Part shown: in pieces, positions 17,205-25,952 of the stretch
Layout of the letters: each line of letters starts with the position of its first letter
Position numbering within the stretch: the stretch's first letter is position 1
Assembly (NCBI GenBank): GCA_044352465.1
Contig: JBILDU010000033.1
Coordinates: 1-28,958 of the forward strand
Origin: Bdellovibrionota bacterium
GTDB lineage: Bacteria > Bdellovibrionota_C > UBA2361
Reading direction: 5' to 3'
Length of the DNA stretch: 28,958 nt
Notes under the pieces: model-generated
Told to the model about the DNA's origin: nothing
The model's database searches: none
What the model saw: only the letters and a program-made list of their open reading frames with translations
Made by a program: the position numbers and the translations under genes

Positions 17205-18788
17205 TTAGTGACGAAAATGGCGATCCGCTACCCGCACGAGCGCAACTCCGACGCTATCGGCCGCACTCACCACATCACCGTCTCTTTTGGCACCACCCGG
17301 TGCAACAATCGCTCCGACTCCCGCCTGTGCCAGGGTTTCAAGCCCATCCGGAAAGGGGAAGAACGCATCCGAGGCGGCAACCGCGCCACGAATATCGTGG
17401 CCGTGGGTACGAGCCTTCGCTATCGCGAGCTCAACCGAATCAATCCGACTCATCTGCCCCGCACCAACTCCGATAAGCATCCCCTCTTTCACGAGGACGA
17501 TCGCATTCGATTTCACATGCGCACAAAAATTCCACGCGAATTGAAGATCGCTGAGCTCCGCGGAGCTTGGATGACGCTGGGTAACGATCTCCCCCTCAGA
17601 CACTTGCGATATCGCCACGTCCTCCTCTTGAAGCAGATAGCCGCCACCGATACTGCGAAACTCCATGCCACGAGCCTCGCTGCGGTCAACCTTCATCAGC
17701 CGGAGGTTCTTATTTTTCTGAAGGAGCGCGAGCGCCGCGGGTTCAAAGTCCGGTGCGAGAACTATCTCAGCGAAATCCTCCTTAATCGCCTCAGCTACCT
17801 CAACGGCAACCGGCCGGTTAAAGCCGATGATACCGCCGAAATGACTTCGCGGATCGCCGCGCTTCGCGCGCTTGAGCGCCTCAAGCGGCGTGTCAGCGAG
17901 CGCCGCGCCACACGGATTCAGATGTTTCACAATCACCGCTCCCGCACGGTCATCGGTCAATCCCCGCACCATTCGTACCGTGGCATCAAAATCGAGGAGG
18001 TTGTTGTAGGAGAGCTCCTTTCCCCCTAGCTGCTCCCACCCTGTCGTCCGATGACCCACCGGACGATAGAGGGCCGCCCGCTGATGGGGATTCTCACCAT
18101 AGCGGAGCAACTGGGCTCGCTCAAGGACACACCCGGCTATCGCGCCAAGACCGAGACCCGCGACATCAACTGTCGGAGCACCACTCTCGGGGAACGTAGC
18201 CTCTGCAAAGTAGCGGGCGATCTCGAGATCGTATGCCGCGAGCGTTTTGAATACCTTGACCGCCAATCCACGCCGCCAGTCGGCGACCCCGCCCGCTGGA
18301 GCAACACCGTTCTCCACGTAGCGGATGAGGTCGGGATAGTCAGTCGGCTCAATAACCGCGAGGACCCCGCGAAAATTCTTCGCGGCAGCGCGCAACATCG
18401 TGGGGCCGCCAATATCGATGAGCTCGATCATCTTTACGGGGTCCCCCGCTTTATCTCCGGCGAGATTCTGGACGAAGGGGTAGAGATTTATGATCGCGAT
18501 ATCGATCGGGGCGATCCCCTCAGCCGTAAGCTCAGAGAGATGCTTCGGGTCGTCCCGTCGAGCGAGTAACCCGCCATGAATCTTGGGGTGTAAAGTCTTT
18601 ACCCGACCATCCAGGATCTCACGTTGGCCGGTGTAGGTCTCGATCGGTGTGGTGACGATCCCCGCGTCTGCCAAAAACTTGGTCGTTCCGGAGGTCGCCA
18701 AAATCGCGTAGCCGTTCCGCGTCAAAGCCTCGGCGACCGGCAAGAGTCCGGTTCGATCGGACACGCTGATAAGCGCTGTTTTACCCAT
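17205..18788 (-). CDS. purH: Bifunctional AICAR transformylase / IMP cyclohydrolase
   Basis: ALISVSD, GRVKTLHPKIHGG, IDIGGP, LRYGENPHQ, KHLNPCG, GAGQMSR, ASDAFFPF, RHFRH end. Confidence 0.98.
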   Translation of the reverse strand: MGKTALISVSDRTGLLPVAEALTRNGYAILATSGTTKFLADAGIVTTPIETYTGQREILDGRVKTLHPKIHGGLLARRDDPKHLSELTAEGIAPIDIAIINLYPFVQNLAGDKAGDPVKMIELIDIGGPTMLRAAAKNFRGVLAVIEPTDYPDLIRYVENGVAPAGGVADWRRGLAVKVFKTLAAYDLEIARYFAEATFPESGAPTVDVAGLGLGAIAGCVLERAQLLRYGENPHQRAALYRPVGHRTTGWEQLGGKELSYNNLLDFDATVRMVRGLTDDRAGAVIVKHLNPCGAALADTPLEALKRAKRGDPRSHFGGIIGFNRPVAVEVAEAIKEDFAEIVLAPDFEPAALALLQKNKNLRLMKVDRSEARGMEFRSIGGGYLLQEEDVAISQVSEGEIVTQRHPSSAELSDLQFAWNFCAHVKSNAIVLVKEGMLIGVGAGQMSRIDSVELAIAKARTHGHDIRGAVAASDAFFPFPDGLETLAQAGVGAIVAPGGAKRDGDVVSAADSVGVALVRVADRHFRH

Positions 18789-18811
18789 AAACCCTCACTT
18801 TGAATGAGGTA

Positions 18812-18840
18812 AGGCTATAATCTGACTGGAGAAGAGTCAA
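18812..18840 (-). promoter_or_regulatory. Putative sigma70 promoter of purH-purD
   Basis: Minus strand TTGACT-N17-TAGCCT, about 25 nt upstream of the purH ATG. Confidence 0.55.
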
Positions 18841-18890
18841 ACGATACTGCGTAGCTCTCGGGCCCACGCAACCGCCGCGTTTAAAACCAC

Positions 18891-18924
18891 GCGAAGATTC
18901 GCCTCCTTGTGCGCGAATCTTCGC
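18891..18924. other. Perfect 12-bp stem hairpin between the PP2C gene and purH
   Basis: GCGAAGATTCGC-N10-GCGAATCTTCGC. Confidence 0.6.
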
Positions 18925-19062
18925 TGAGCGGTTCCGCCGTCGGCCTCGCTTAGGCCAATTGTGTTGGTTGACAGGAATCAGCTCACCAGACGGGGCCCCG
19001 CGGCTTGCCGCGGGCGAAGTCTGGACAGGCCCTCCGGTGAAAAGACTTTCCGGTCTGGAGTA

Positions 19063-21135
19063 CTAACGCGTCTCAGTTGAGCTCTCAAACAACGCAGCTA
19101 ATCCGGCGAGCTCCGCGGCGGCAATATCACGCTCCCGCTGGAGCTCGGCGCGCTTTGACGCACGCGCGCTCGCGTCTGCCCCGGTCAATATTTTTACGTA
19201 CTCGACCTCTCGACGGAGCGCGGCGAGCTCCTCTTCCCGCTCGTCCCGTTTGACCGTGAGCTCAGAAATCTGGCGATCGGCGAGCCCCACCTCCCGCTCG
19301 ATCGCGGTGCGTACAGCTTGGGCCAAGATACTCATCTTTTCAGCGCGCTCACGGGCGAGATTTGCGACCTTCTCCCCTTGCGCCTTATCGGCGAGGGTAT
19401 AACGTAATACCTCCGCTTCCTTGAGATACGCCCAGGTGGCTTGCTCAAACTCCTCCTTGTTCCGCCGAACATCCGGAGCGGCCACGGCGACTTCGGACGC
19501 GAGGTTTACCGGGTCAGCATCTTGGAGCCGCTTGCGTCGTCCGTACCACACCGCGAGTCGGCGCGTGGCGATATCCAGGTCGGCACGAATTCGTTCGAGC
19601 TCCCGCTCGATCGCATCGATCGATTTACGGGTCGAACTCAATGATTCACCGACTTCACCGCCTATCGGTTTATTAAAAGATCCGATCTTTGCATCCAGGT
19701 CAGCGACCGTTTTACGCAAGACAACGAGTCGCTTCTGCATCCGCTCGCGGTCCCCTCCGGTACCAGCGTCCGCCACCGCGCCGGGAGCTGCTGCGGCCTC
19801 TTCACGAGATTGGTCAACTGGAGGAACCTCAATTCTCGCTACGGGCCGCGGATCCGCTGCCGGGGTGGGCTTCGGCAACGAGCTCATCATCGGCCCCTCG
19901 GTGTCACCCGGATAATGCGAGGTAACATATCCGATCCCGTAGCCGATGATGAGCACCACGAGGAGCGATCCAAGCGATCCCAGCCACTCCGTCGGGCGCG
20001 AGAGCCGTTCCCAAAAACGGACCGTGATCTCACCGGTTTTCATCTCATCAACGGGAGCGACCGAGGCTGGTTCTCCATTCGGAGAAGGAGCACCGTTTAC
20101 TTCGGACGTCGTCGGTGATTTTTTATGAGGCTCCGCAACCCGCTCCGTACCCCCATCCGGGGAGGATTCCAGGAGTGGCCGCGGCTCCTCCGGCTCGGAT
20201 GATAGTGGTGGCGTTTGTTTCTCGCCCCCCACACGCTCGGACACCATATCGTCGCAAGGTCCGGAGCCGTTTGGTGCTGGCTCTACTGCGGCGACCTCGC
20301 TCTCCCCTTCCGGTGTCGGTTCAGCTCGCTCCGGGGTTGCTTCGGTGCGAGGCTCTGGCCCATGGGGGTAGGCCTCTCCAACCTCAATGATGATAAGGGT
20401 AATGTTGTCAGTCCCACCCCGAAGGTTCGCTAAATCGATCAGCTCCTGAACCGCGTCGTCGAGCGAGAAAACTTCCAGAATTTCGCCGAATTCTTCGGCG
20501 CCCACCATATTAAATAACCCGTCGCAACAGAGCAGGTAACGATCGCCCCGTTGAGGTGGATCTGGTGACACAAAATAATCGACGTCCACGGTCGGTGTTG
20601 GGCCGAGTGAGCGGGTTAACATGTGCGAAACGGGGTGATTCCCCGCTTGCTCTGCACTGATCGCACCCGAGCGGACGAGCTCCTGCACCAGCGTGTGGTC
20701 CTCGGTAAGCTGCTCCACCTCATCTCCCCGTATGCGATAGGCACGCGAGTCACCGACGTTCGTAATGAGAAGCTGGTCCTCAGTAAAAACGAGTCCCACA
20801 CAGGTGGTTCCCATTCCCGCGAGCCCCGGCTCGCTCGCGCCCCGTTCGAAAACGTTAGCGTTTGCTTGGGTGACCGCACTCGCGAGCTCGGTGATCCCAA
20901 CCGTGGGGCGATCCTTTAAAAATTCTCGGATTGAGGCGACCGCCAGATTCGATGCGATCGCACCACCCTGCACCCCGCCCATTCCGTCACAGACGAAAAA
21001 CGCCCGGAACGATCGCCCCTCAATAATCCCGTGAGCATCTTGGTTCTCCTCCCGCCGTAGACCGATATCGGTCCCCGCAGCGAAGCGCAGCGCCGCAACA
21101 AGAGTGATGGAAGAAACGTTAGGTTCGCTCGACAT
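19063..21135 (-). CDS. PP2C-family Ser/Thr phosphatase with acidic/Pro-rich linker, one TM helix and a C-terminal coiled coil
   Basis: TDIG.RR..NQD, VCDGMGG, GMGTT, NVGDSRAY, LTEDH, LTRSLG, LLCCDGL and GGTDNIT are all intact; TM segment LLVVLIIGYGIGYV. Confidence 0.92.
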   Translation of the reverse strand: MSSEPNVSSITLVAALRFAAGTDIGLRREENQDAHGIIEGRSFRAFFVCDGMGGVQGGAIASNLAVASIREFLKDRPTVGITELASAVTQANANVFERGASEPGLAGMGTTCVGLVFTEDQLLITNVGDSRAYRIRGDEVEQLTEDHTLVQELVRSGAISAEQAGNHPVSHMLTRSLGPTPTVDVDYFVSPDPPQRGDRYLLCCDGLFNMVGAEEFGEILEVFSLDDAVQELIDLANLRGGTDNITLIIIEVGEAYPHGPEPRTEATPERAEPTPEGESEVAAVEPAPNGSGPCDDMVSERVGGEKQTPPLSSEPEEPRPLLESSPDGGTERVAEPHKKSPTTSEVNGAPSPNGEPASVAPVDEMKTGEITVRFWERLSRPTEWLGSLGSLLVVLIIGYGIGYVTSHYPGDTEGPMMSSLPKPTPAADPRPVARIEVPPVDQSREEAAAAPGAVADAGTGGDRERMQKRLVVLRKTVADLDAKIGSFNKPIGGEVGESLSSTRKSIDAIERELERIRADLDIATRRLAVWYGRRKRLQDADPVNLASEVAVAAPDVRRNKEEFEQATWAYLKEAEVLRYTLADKAQGEKVANLARERAEKMSILAQAVRTAIEREVGLADRQISELTVKRDEREEELAALRREVEYVKILTGADASARASKRAELQRERDIAAAELAGLAALFESSTETR

Positions 21136-21288
21136 GCCAAAATTTTAGCGACTCCACCGCGCCCCCTCGAACGAGGTACCGGTAGAGCGTTCAGGATCAC
21201 GCCTTTGAAAAACACCACTGCAGGCCACCGCTCGCGGTGAATCCGGCCGGTAACCCAGCGGCGCAGTGCTCTTCGCTTCCGTTATAAG

Positions 21289-21315
21289 TAATCGGCGACT
21301 AGGCGATGTAACTTA
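21289..21315 (-). promoter_or_regulatory. Sigma28 (FliA)-type promoter upstream of the PP2C gene
   Basis: Minus strand TAAG-N15-GCCGATTA, a near-consensus match. Confidence 0.72.
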
Positions 21316-21452
21316 CTAAATTTCTGACGTTAAACCGGGAAAAACGGGCGACAAACAAAGCCAGGAGACGCGCGCCACGGGCACCGCCCGGAGCGTAGCC
21401 AACAAACCCTAAAAACACAACGATATCAGAAGCTTGCGGGCAACCCGAGGGC

Positions 21453-22493
21453 CTACTTGATGAGTCGCAGGAACGGCTCTCCTGAGATATACGGCTCCCT
21501 ACGCAGTTGCGACACAAGGATATCTCCTTGATCGCGGGAACGCTCCGGCCCAACCAGTATTCTAAAATAGTCCTCACCCCGCACCCGCGCTGCTTCGATA
21601 ACAACCGGGAACCCGGAGCTCTTTAACTTCTTCGCAATCCCCTCCGCTTCAGCGAGACTCGGCATCGCTCCAACCTGCGCAAACCAACCAAGGGGGAGAC
21701 TCTTCTTCAAGAAAGCGGATTTAGCTTCAGGCGCGACCACCCTTGCAGCCTCGGCCGACTTCGTTCCTTCGCTGGCCTTCGCTGCGGGCTCAGGCTGTGG
21801 CTGTGCGGGTGGCGCAACGACCTTCTCAACCTTAGGCGCACTCTCTACCCGCGCCACCTCTTGCGGCGCGTCCTCGGTAACAAGGCTCCCTTGTGCAGCT
21901 AGCTCGAGCTCACCAAGGCGGGGTTCCGTACCCGCCGCAGGGGGGGCCTGTTCCGCCTCAAGGCGGGCGTTCAGCGCGGCCTCGGCTTCCGGGTTTAAAA
22001 GCGGCGCAGCGTCAACGCTCTTTATCGACCCCAACTCCGGCATACCTGTGCCTTTGCCACCCGCTCCACCTTCACTTGGGAACAACGCCCCGTGACCAAG
22101 CGGAGACTCCGCCTCGGGGACCGGAGCAACCTTAATCGGATCCCCTTCGCCCTTCGCTCCCGGAAGAGTATCGTTTAGTTTGGCATAGACATCGAAGGCA
22201 CCATCATCATGGGCCAGGCTCCCCTCGGGTGAGGCTCCCGGGACAGGGAGTCGGGGAAGCGACGTAGCTGTCCGCTCTTGGGCCAACTCGAATCCGAGGC
22301 GTTGACCGGAATTGAGACCGAGGTAAAACGAGAGGACCATCGATCCGGTTACCAGCCCCACAACCACAACTACCTGGGGGAGACCCAACCTCAGCTCCCA
22401 CCCGCTCATCGGGCGGCGATTATTGGTGATCGATTTATTCGGAATCGAAGGCACAGTAGGGCTAGTTCTAGGTCCGGGTACGTTCACGCGCAC
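21453..22493 (-). CDS. SPOR-domain membrane protein (FtsN/DedD-like)
   Basis: N-terminal TM helix, long P/A/E-rich linker, C-terminal WFAQVGA....AE....KLK..GF...YFRILVGP SPOR pattern. Confidence 0.88.
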   Translation of the reverse strand: MRVNVPGPRTSPTVPSIPNKSITNNRRPMSGWELRLGLPQVVVVVGLVTGSMVLSFYLGLNSGQRLGFELAQERTATSLPRLPVPGASPEGSLAHDDGAFDVYAKLNDTLPGAKGEGDPIKVAPVPEAESPLGHGALFPSEGGAGGKGTGMPELGSIKSVDAAPLLNPEAEAALNARLEAEQAPPAAGTEPRLGELELAAQGSLVTEDAPQEVARVESAPKVEKVVAPPAQPQPEPAAKASEGTKSAEAARVVAPEAKSAFLKKSLPLGWFAQVGAMPSLAEAEGIAKKLKSSGFPVVIEAARVRGEDYFRILVGPERSRDQGDILVSQLRREPYISGEPFLRLIK

Positions 22494-23671
22494 GGCTCCT
22501 CATCAAACAAAGGATTACCGTTTATAATATCCGATATCGCTTCGGTGGCACCAGACAAAATTTGGTACTCGTGGGGCGACACGGTGCCACTCTCAAAGGC
22601 GCGACGCCGATCAGGTCGATTCATCCACTCGTTCACACCACGCAAGAGATCGGTGACCGCATCAAGCCACGGGGTGACCTCCCCCCGACGAATAGCATCG
22701 ACTTCGAAAAGCCGCACGGTGGCAGCTCGAATCGCTACCCGACGAGCTTGCGCCGAGAGCTCCCCCTCCCCAGGAACTCCCCGGGGTACCTCCAACCGCG
22801 GGAGCCGCTGCAACCGCTCGCGGGTCGAGCGGAGAAACCACCGGAGATTGCCCTGCTCAGCGAGCGTCAACGCTAACGGATCAAGCTCGGCGGGAGACCG
22901 ACTCGACGCGAGCATCAAACAGGCGCTGCGCCAGTCTTGCCCGCTCTTGAGGATATCCCACCACGACTCCTGAAATCCTTCGAGCCATCCCCGCACCGGA
23001 CACCGCAACGTGGACGCGACCGGCCCGGCAAAGAACTCTCGATAAAGATCGCGGAACTCACCTTTGCCGAGAAAAGTCGGAGCGATCCACACGGTCGTCC
23101 CCCCCGGCCACGGCGTTCCCAAAACTCGCTTCACCTCAGCGAGCGCGCCGCGCGCAGTCATTTCAGTCACACCCGCGAGAAGCCGCGCACATGCCCCGGC
23201 GGAACCGCCGCCCCCTCCATGCGCCCCTCCAAGGTAGAGCTCACACTCTCCGCCATATTTTCTCGCCAGGGCGCACTGCACATAGGCCGAGCCCAAGAGC
23301 CGCGCCACCGCATCAGGAGCGACCGATTCGGTTAACGGCTGCACGAGGATCCGGTGAGGCGCAACTACCGATCGTGCAGACACGTCGCGCAACAGACCGA
23401 CCGGGTCGCGCACCGTCACGTTAATGAAGCCCTCGACCGCGGCGAAGCGATAGTCCCCCCCTGCCGGAAGAGCCCGCACAATATCTTGAGCGATCGCCTC
23501 TGGACTCTCTTTGCGGGTGGCGCCGATACCAAGGCAGCAGTCAATACCGAAATCGCCCAACGTCAGATCGAGTAACGGTCGGGCTACGACCGGGACCGTG
23601 ACACAATCGGGCCACAGCCGGCCGACTTGCTCACCCACGAGCTCCTCTATCCGCGCGACCATCCCCGTCAT
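22484..23671 (-). CDS. Degenerate arginyl-tRNA-synthetase-like protein (N-terminal and anticodon-binding domains recognisable, catalytic motifs absent)
   Basis: GDF......G..RKESPEAIAQDI...GFINV matches the ArgRS N domain; NLRWFLRSTRERL and the following helices resemble the DALR domain; no HIGH or KMSK; sits directly upstream of the SPOR gene. Confidence 0.72.
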   Translation of the reverse strand: MTGMVARIEELVGEQVGRLWPDCVTVPVVARPLLDLTLGDFGIDCCLGIGATRKESPEAIAQDIVRALPAGGDYRFAAVEGFINVTVRDPVGLLRDVSARSVVAPHRILVQPLTESVAPDAVARLLGSAYVQCALARKYGGECELYLGGAHGGGGGSAGACARLLAGVTEMTARGALAEVKRVLGTPWPGGTTVWIAPTFLGKGEFRDLYREFFAGPVASTLRCPVRGWLEGFQESWWDILKSGQDWRSACLMLASSRSPAELDPLALTLAEQGNLRWFLRSTRERLQRLPRLEVPRGVPGEGELSAQARRVAIRAATVRLFEVDAIRRGEVTPWLDAVTDLLRGVNEWMNRPDRRRAFESGTVSPHEYQILSGATEAISDIINGNPLFDEEPCA

Positions 23672-24732
23672 ACATCCTCTCCCCGTGAACGGAGGATTCG
23701 GCGGATCTCGCCTTCCTCACCTACCCCGCTTACTAACAGAAACCACAGTCCCGGCACCGTCAGATGGTTGCTTGAGAGCTCCTCCTGACCCGCTCGGGTA
23801 TCGAACTCCAGATGATGGATCTGCTTCTTCCCGTAGCCGAGGTGGCGAAACCGCTCAGCAGCTCCCTCCCCCGCGCTCAAAAACAATATTCGCGCTACCA
23901 CCTCGAAGCGCCTCGCCGGCGGCAGGCCGAGCGCCTGCAAGCGGGTCAGCATTCCACTCACCGTATCAGCGCCGATACCAAGCGCGGCCGTCACGCCGTA
24001 ACGACCGAGGTTTTGAAAGACGTCCACGAAATCCATTTCAGCCACGATCTTTTTGAGCTCGGTCGTGATGCGAAAACCGGAGATCGTCCCGAGGGCGCCA
24101 CCGGTGAGGGCCGCCCGCAGCGCCTGCGCGGTGCTTTCCTCGAATCCCCCTCCGAGTCGCGCCGCGTAGCGACACCCCCGAAAGATACGGGTCGGATCAT
24201 CGGAGAAACTCCGGCTATGCAGGATACGCAAAACCCCGCGATCGAGGTCGTCGAGCCCTCCATGATGGTCGACAACGAATCGACGCAGCTCGGCGGGCGC
24301 GGAACATGTCGCCGCGACCGCCCCGATGGGAAGAGCGAGCGCGTTTACCGTAAAATCGCGCCGAGCAAGGTCTGCGGCGAGATCCCCCGGAGAGACGACC
24401 GGAAGCGCGCCCGGTCGGGTATAGACCTCGCTTCGACTCGAGGCGAAATCGAGTTCGGCAAGCCCCGCAGCCGCAGTGGGAGCAACGATCTTTGCGGTGC
24501 AAAAATCGGGGAACTCCTTAACCACTCCACCCGTCGACTCAACACACCGGTAGGCGAACGATATTGCGTCCCCCACAACCATGAAATCGAAGTCCTTCTC
24601 ACCGACCGGGTGCCCACGCACGAGATCGCGCACCACCCCACCCACAAGATACACCGCCACACCCACCGTGGCGGCGACCCCATTGATTCGCCGCAGCAAA
24701 TCGATCTGAGCGTCTGAGAAAAGCGGCGTCAT
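23668..24732 (-). CDS. cca: Class II tRNA nucleotidyltransferase (CCA/A-adding family), catalytic core only
   Basis: YLVGGVVRD...DFD, DFASSRSEVY..PGALP.V, DLARRDFTVNA, LH..SF.DDPTRIFR..RY..RL; ATG at 24732 overlaps the amidase stop (TAATG). Confidence 0.88.
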   Translation of the reverse strand: MTPLFSDAQIDLLRRINGVAATVGVAVYLVGGVVRDLVRGHPVGEKDFDFMVVGDAISFAYRCVESTGGVVKEFPDFCTAKIVAPTAAAGLAELDFASSRSEVYTRPGALPVVSPGDLAADLARRDFTVNALALPIGAVAATCSAPAELRRFVVDHHGGLDDLDRGVLRILHSRSFSDDPTRIFRGCRYAARLGGGFEESTAQALRAALTGGALGTISGFRITTELKKIVAEMDFVDVFQNLGRYGVTAALGIGADTVSGMLTRLQALGLPPARRFEVVARILFLSAGEGAAERFRHLGYGKKQIHHLEFDTRAGQEELSSNHLTVPGLWFLLVSGVGEEGEIRRILRSRGEDV

Positions 24733-25952
24733 TACGCATCGCCTTTCAGATAGGCCTTGATAGCCGCCGCGATGCCGCGCGCGACTGCGCTGCGGTACTC
24801 CGCGGTGGCGATCCGTCCGCCCTCGACGGGATGATCCAAAAAGCCAACCTCGACAAGTGCGCACGGCATATGGGCGCCAACCAGGACGTAAAAGAGCGCC
24901 TTTTTAACCCCCAGATCCCGAACCTCTGGCCACCGTCCATGAAGAGCACCGACGATGCCCCCTTGGAGTAATTTAGCAAGTCGAATCGAGTCTCCAGTCT
25001 TCGCTCCTTGGACGAGATCGCTCAACATGTAGGCCAGATCGCCTCCTGGTCCCTCGAAACGAATCGACGCATTCTCTCGCTCAGCGAGGGTGCGGGAGCT
25101 CTCCCCATCGGTCGTATCAAGATAATAGGTCTCCACACCGTGCAGCTTTTGCCCTGGGGAGGCGTTTGCGTGAATACTCACGAAGAGGTCGGCCGCGATG
25201 TTATTGGCAAACGCCGTACGCTCGAGAAGGGGCAGAAAGGCATCGGTCGTCCGGGTCAGCTTTACCGCTATCCCTTCGTCTTTGAGAAGTGCGGCCACCT
25301 GTCGCGCCACAAGAAGGGTGACATCCTTCTCCAAGATTCCTCCTGGCCCCACCGCACCGAAATCCTCGGCACCGTGCCCAGGATCGAGCACTACCAGCGG
25401 ACCACTCCCCCGCTCAGCGGCTACCGGTGTTGGGGCACGCAGCTCCCCCTCAGCGCTCTCGAGACGCCGCAGCCGCTCACGCGCTACCGCCGCCATGTCA
25501 GCTTCAGGATAGCGCGCGATCAGTTCGCGATAGGTCTCTGCGGCGCCGTCCTCATCCGCCAACTCAGTCGCCAGGAGCTCCCCCCGCCGCAGCAACGCAT
25601 CATCGGCAAGCTCATCGCTCGGATAACGCGATACGACCTGATCGAGAAGGTGCTGGGCGTGCTCAAGGGAGCGTCGATCCGTCGCGTGTTTACCGATCTC
25701 GCTGAACACGATCGCAGCATTAATGAGGGCGAGCGGAGCTGCGCGATTATCGCGATTTTCCTCAGCAAATCGCTCGAAATCAGCACCGACTTGACGCCAC
25801 TCCGCCACGCGGGCGATCGCCACATCGGTATTACGGAGCTTGAGGTACCGCGCCTTAATCCCGTCGAAGCGATCGGCGCTCACCCCCGCGGACGGCAAAA
25901 GAAAAAGCGCACACAACGTCGCTAAAATCCAGAACTGATATCGATTACGCAC
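24732..25952 (-). CDS. N-acetylmuramoyl-L-alanine amidase (Amidase_3) with N-terminal TPR repeats
   Basis: Signal peptide; YP....ADDAL TPR pattern; VVLDPGHG, EKDV.L, LTR, FVSIHAN, LVEVGFL. Confidence 0.93.
   Translation of the reverse strand: MRNRYQFWILATLCALFLLPSAGVSADRFDGIKARYLKLRNTDVAIARVAEWRQVGADFERFAEENRDNRAAPLALINAAIVFSEIGKHATDRRSLEHAQHLLDQVVSRYPSDELADDALLRRGELLATELADEDGAAETYRELIARYPEADMAAVARERLRRLESAEGELRAPTPVAAERGSGPLVVLDPGHGAEDFGAVGPGGILEKDVTLLVARQVAALLKDEGIAVKLTRTTDAFLPLLERTAFANNIAADLFVSIHANASPGQKLHGVETYYLDTTDGESSRTLAERENASIRFEGPGGDLAYMLSDLVQGAKTGDSIRLAKLLQGGIVGALHGRWPEVRDLGVKKALFYVLVGAHMPCALVEVGFLDHPVEGGRIATAEYRSAVARGIAAAIKAYLKGDA

Noticed and set aside
16779..18569. Long plus-strand ORFs (416 aa and 172 aa)
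   Set aside because: Antisense shadows of purD/purH, expected in GC-rich DNA.
18789..19062. ZMP/ZTP riboswitch upstream of purH
   Set aside because: The conserved GACTGGCG...CGCCTGGG elements are absent on the coding strand, and the likely promoter lies only about 25 nt from the ATG.
22484..23671. Calling this ORF either a functional argS or a pseudogene
   Set aside because: The catalytic motifs are absent, so it is not a normal ArgRS; the frame is unbroken and coupled at both ends, so there is no sign of pseudogene decay.
24733..24864. N-terminal extension of cca given in the ORF track (similar extensions for purD, trxA, the MDR enzyme and the lipoprotein)
   Set aside because: Downstream ATGs with an RBS or stop-start overlap match the family N-termini better.
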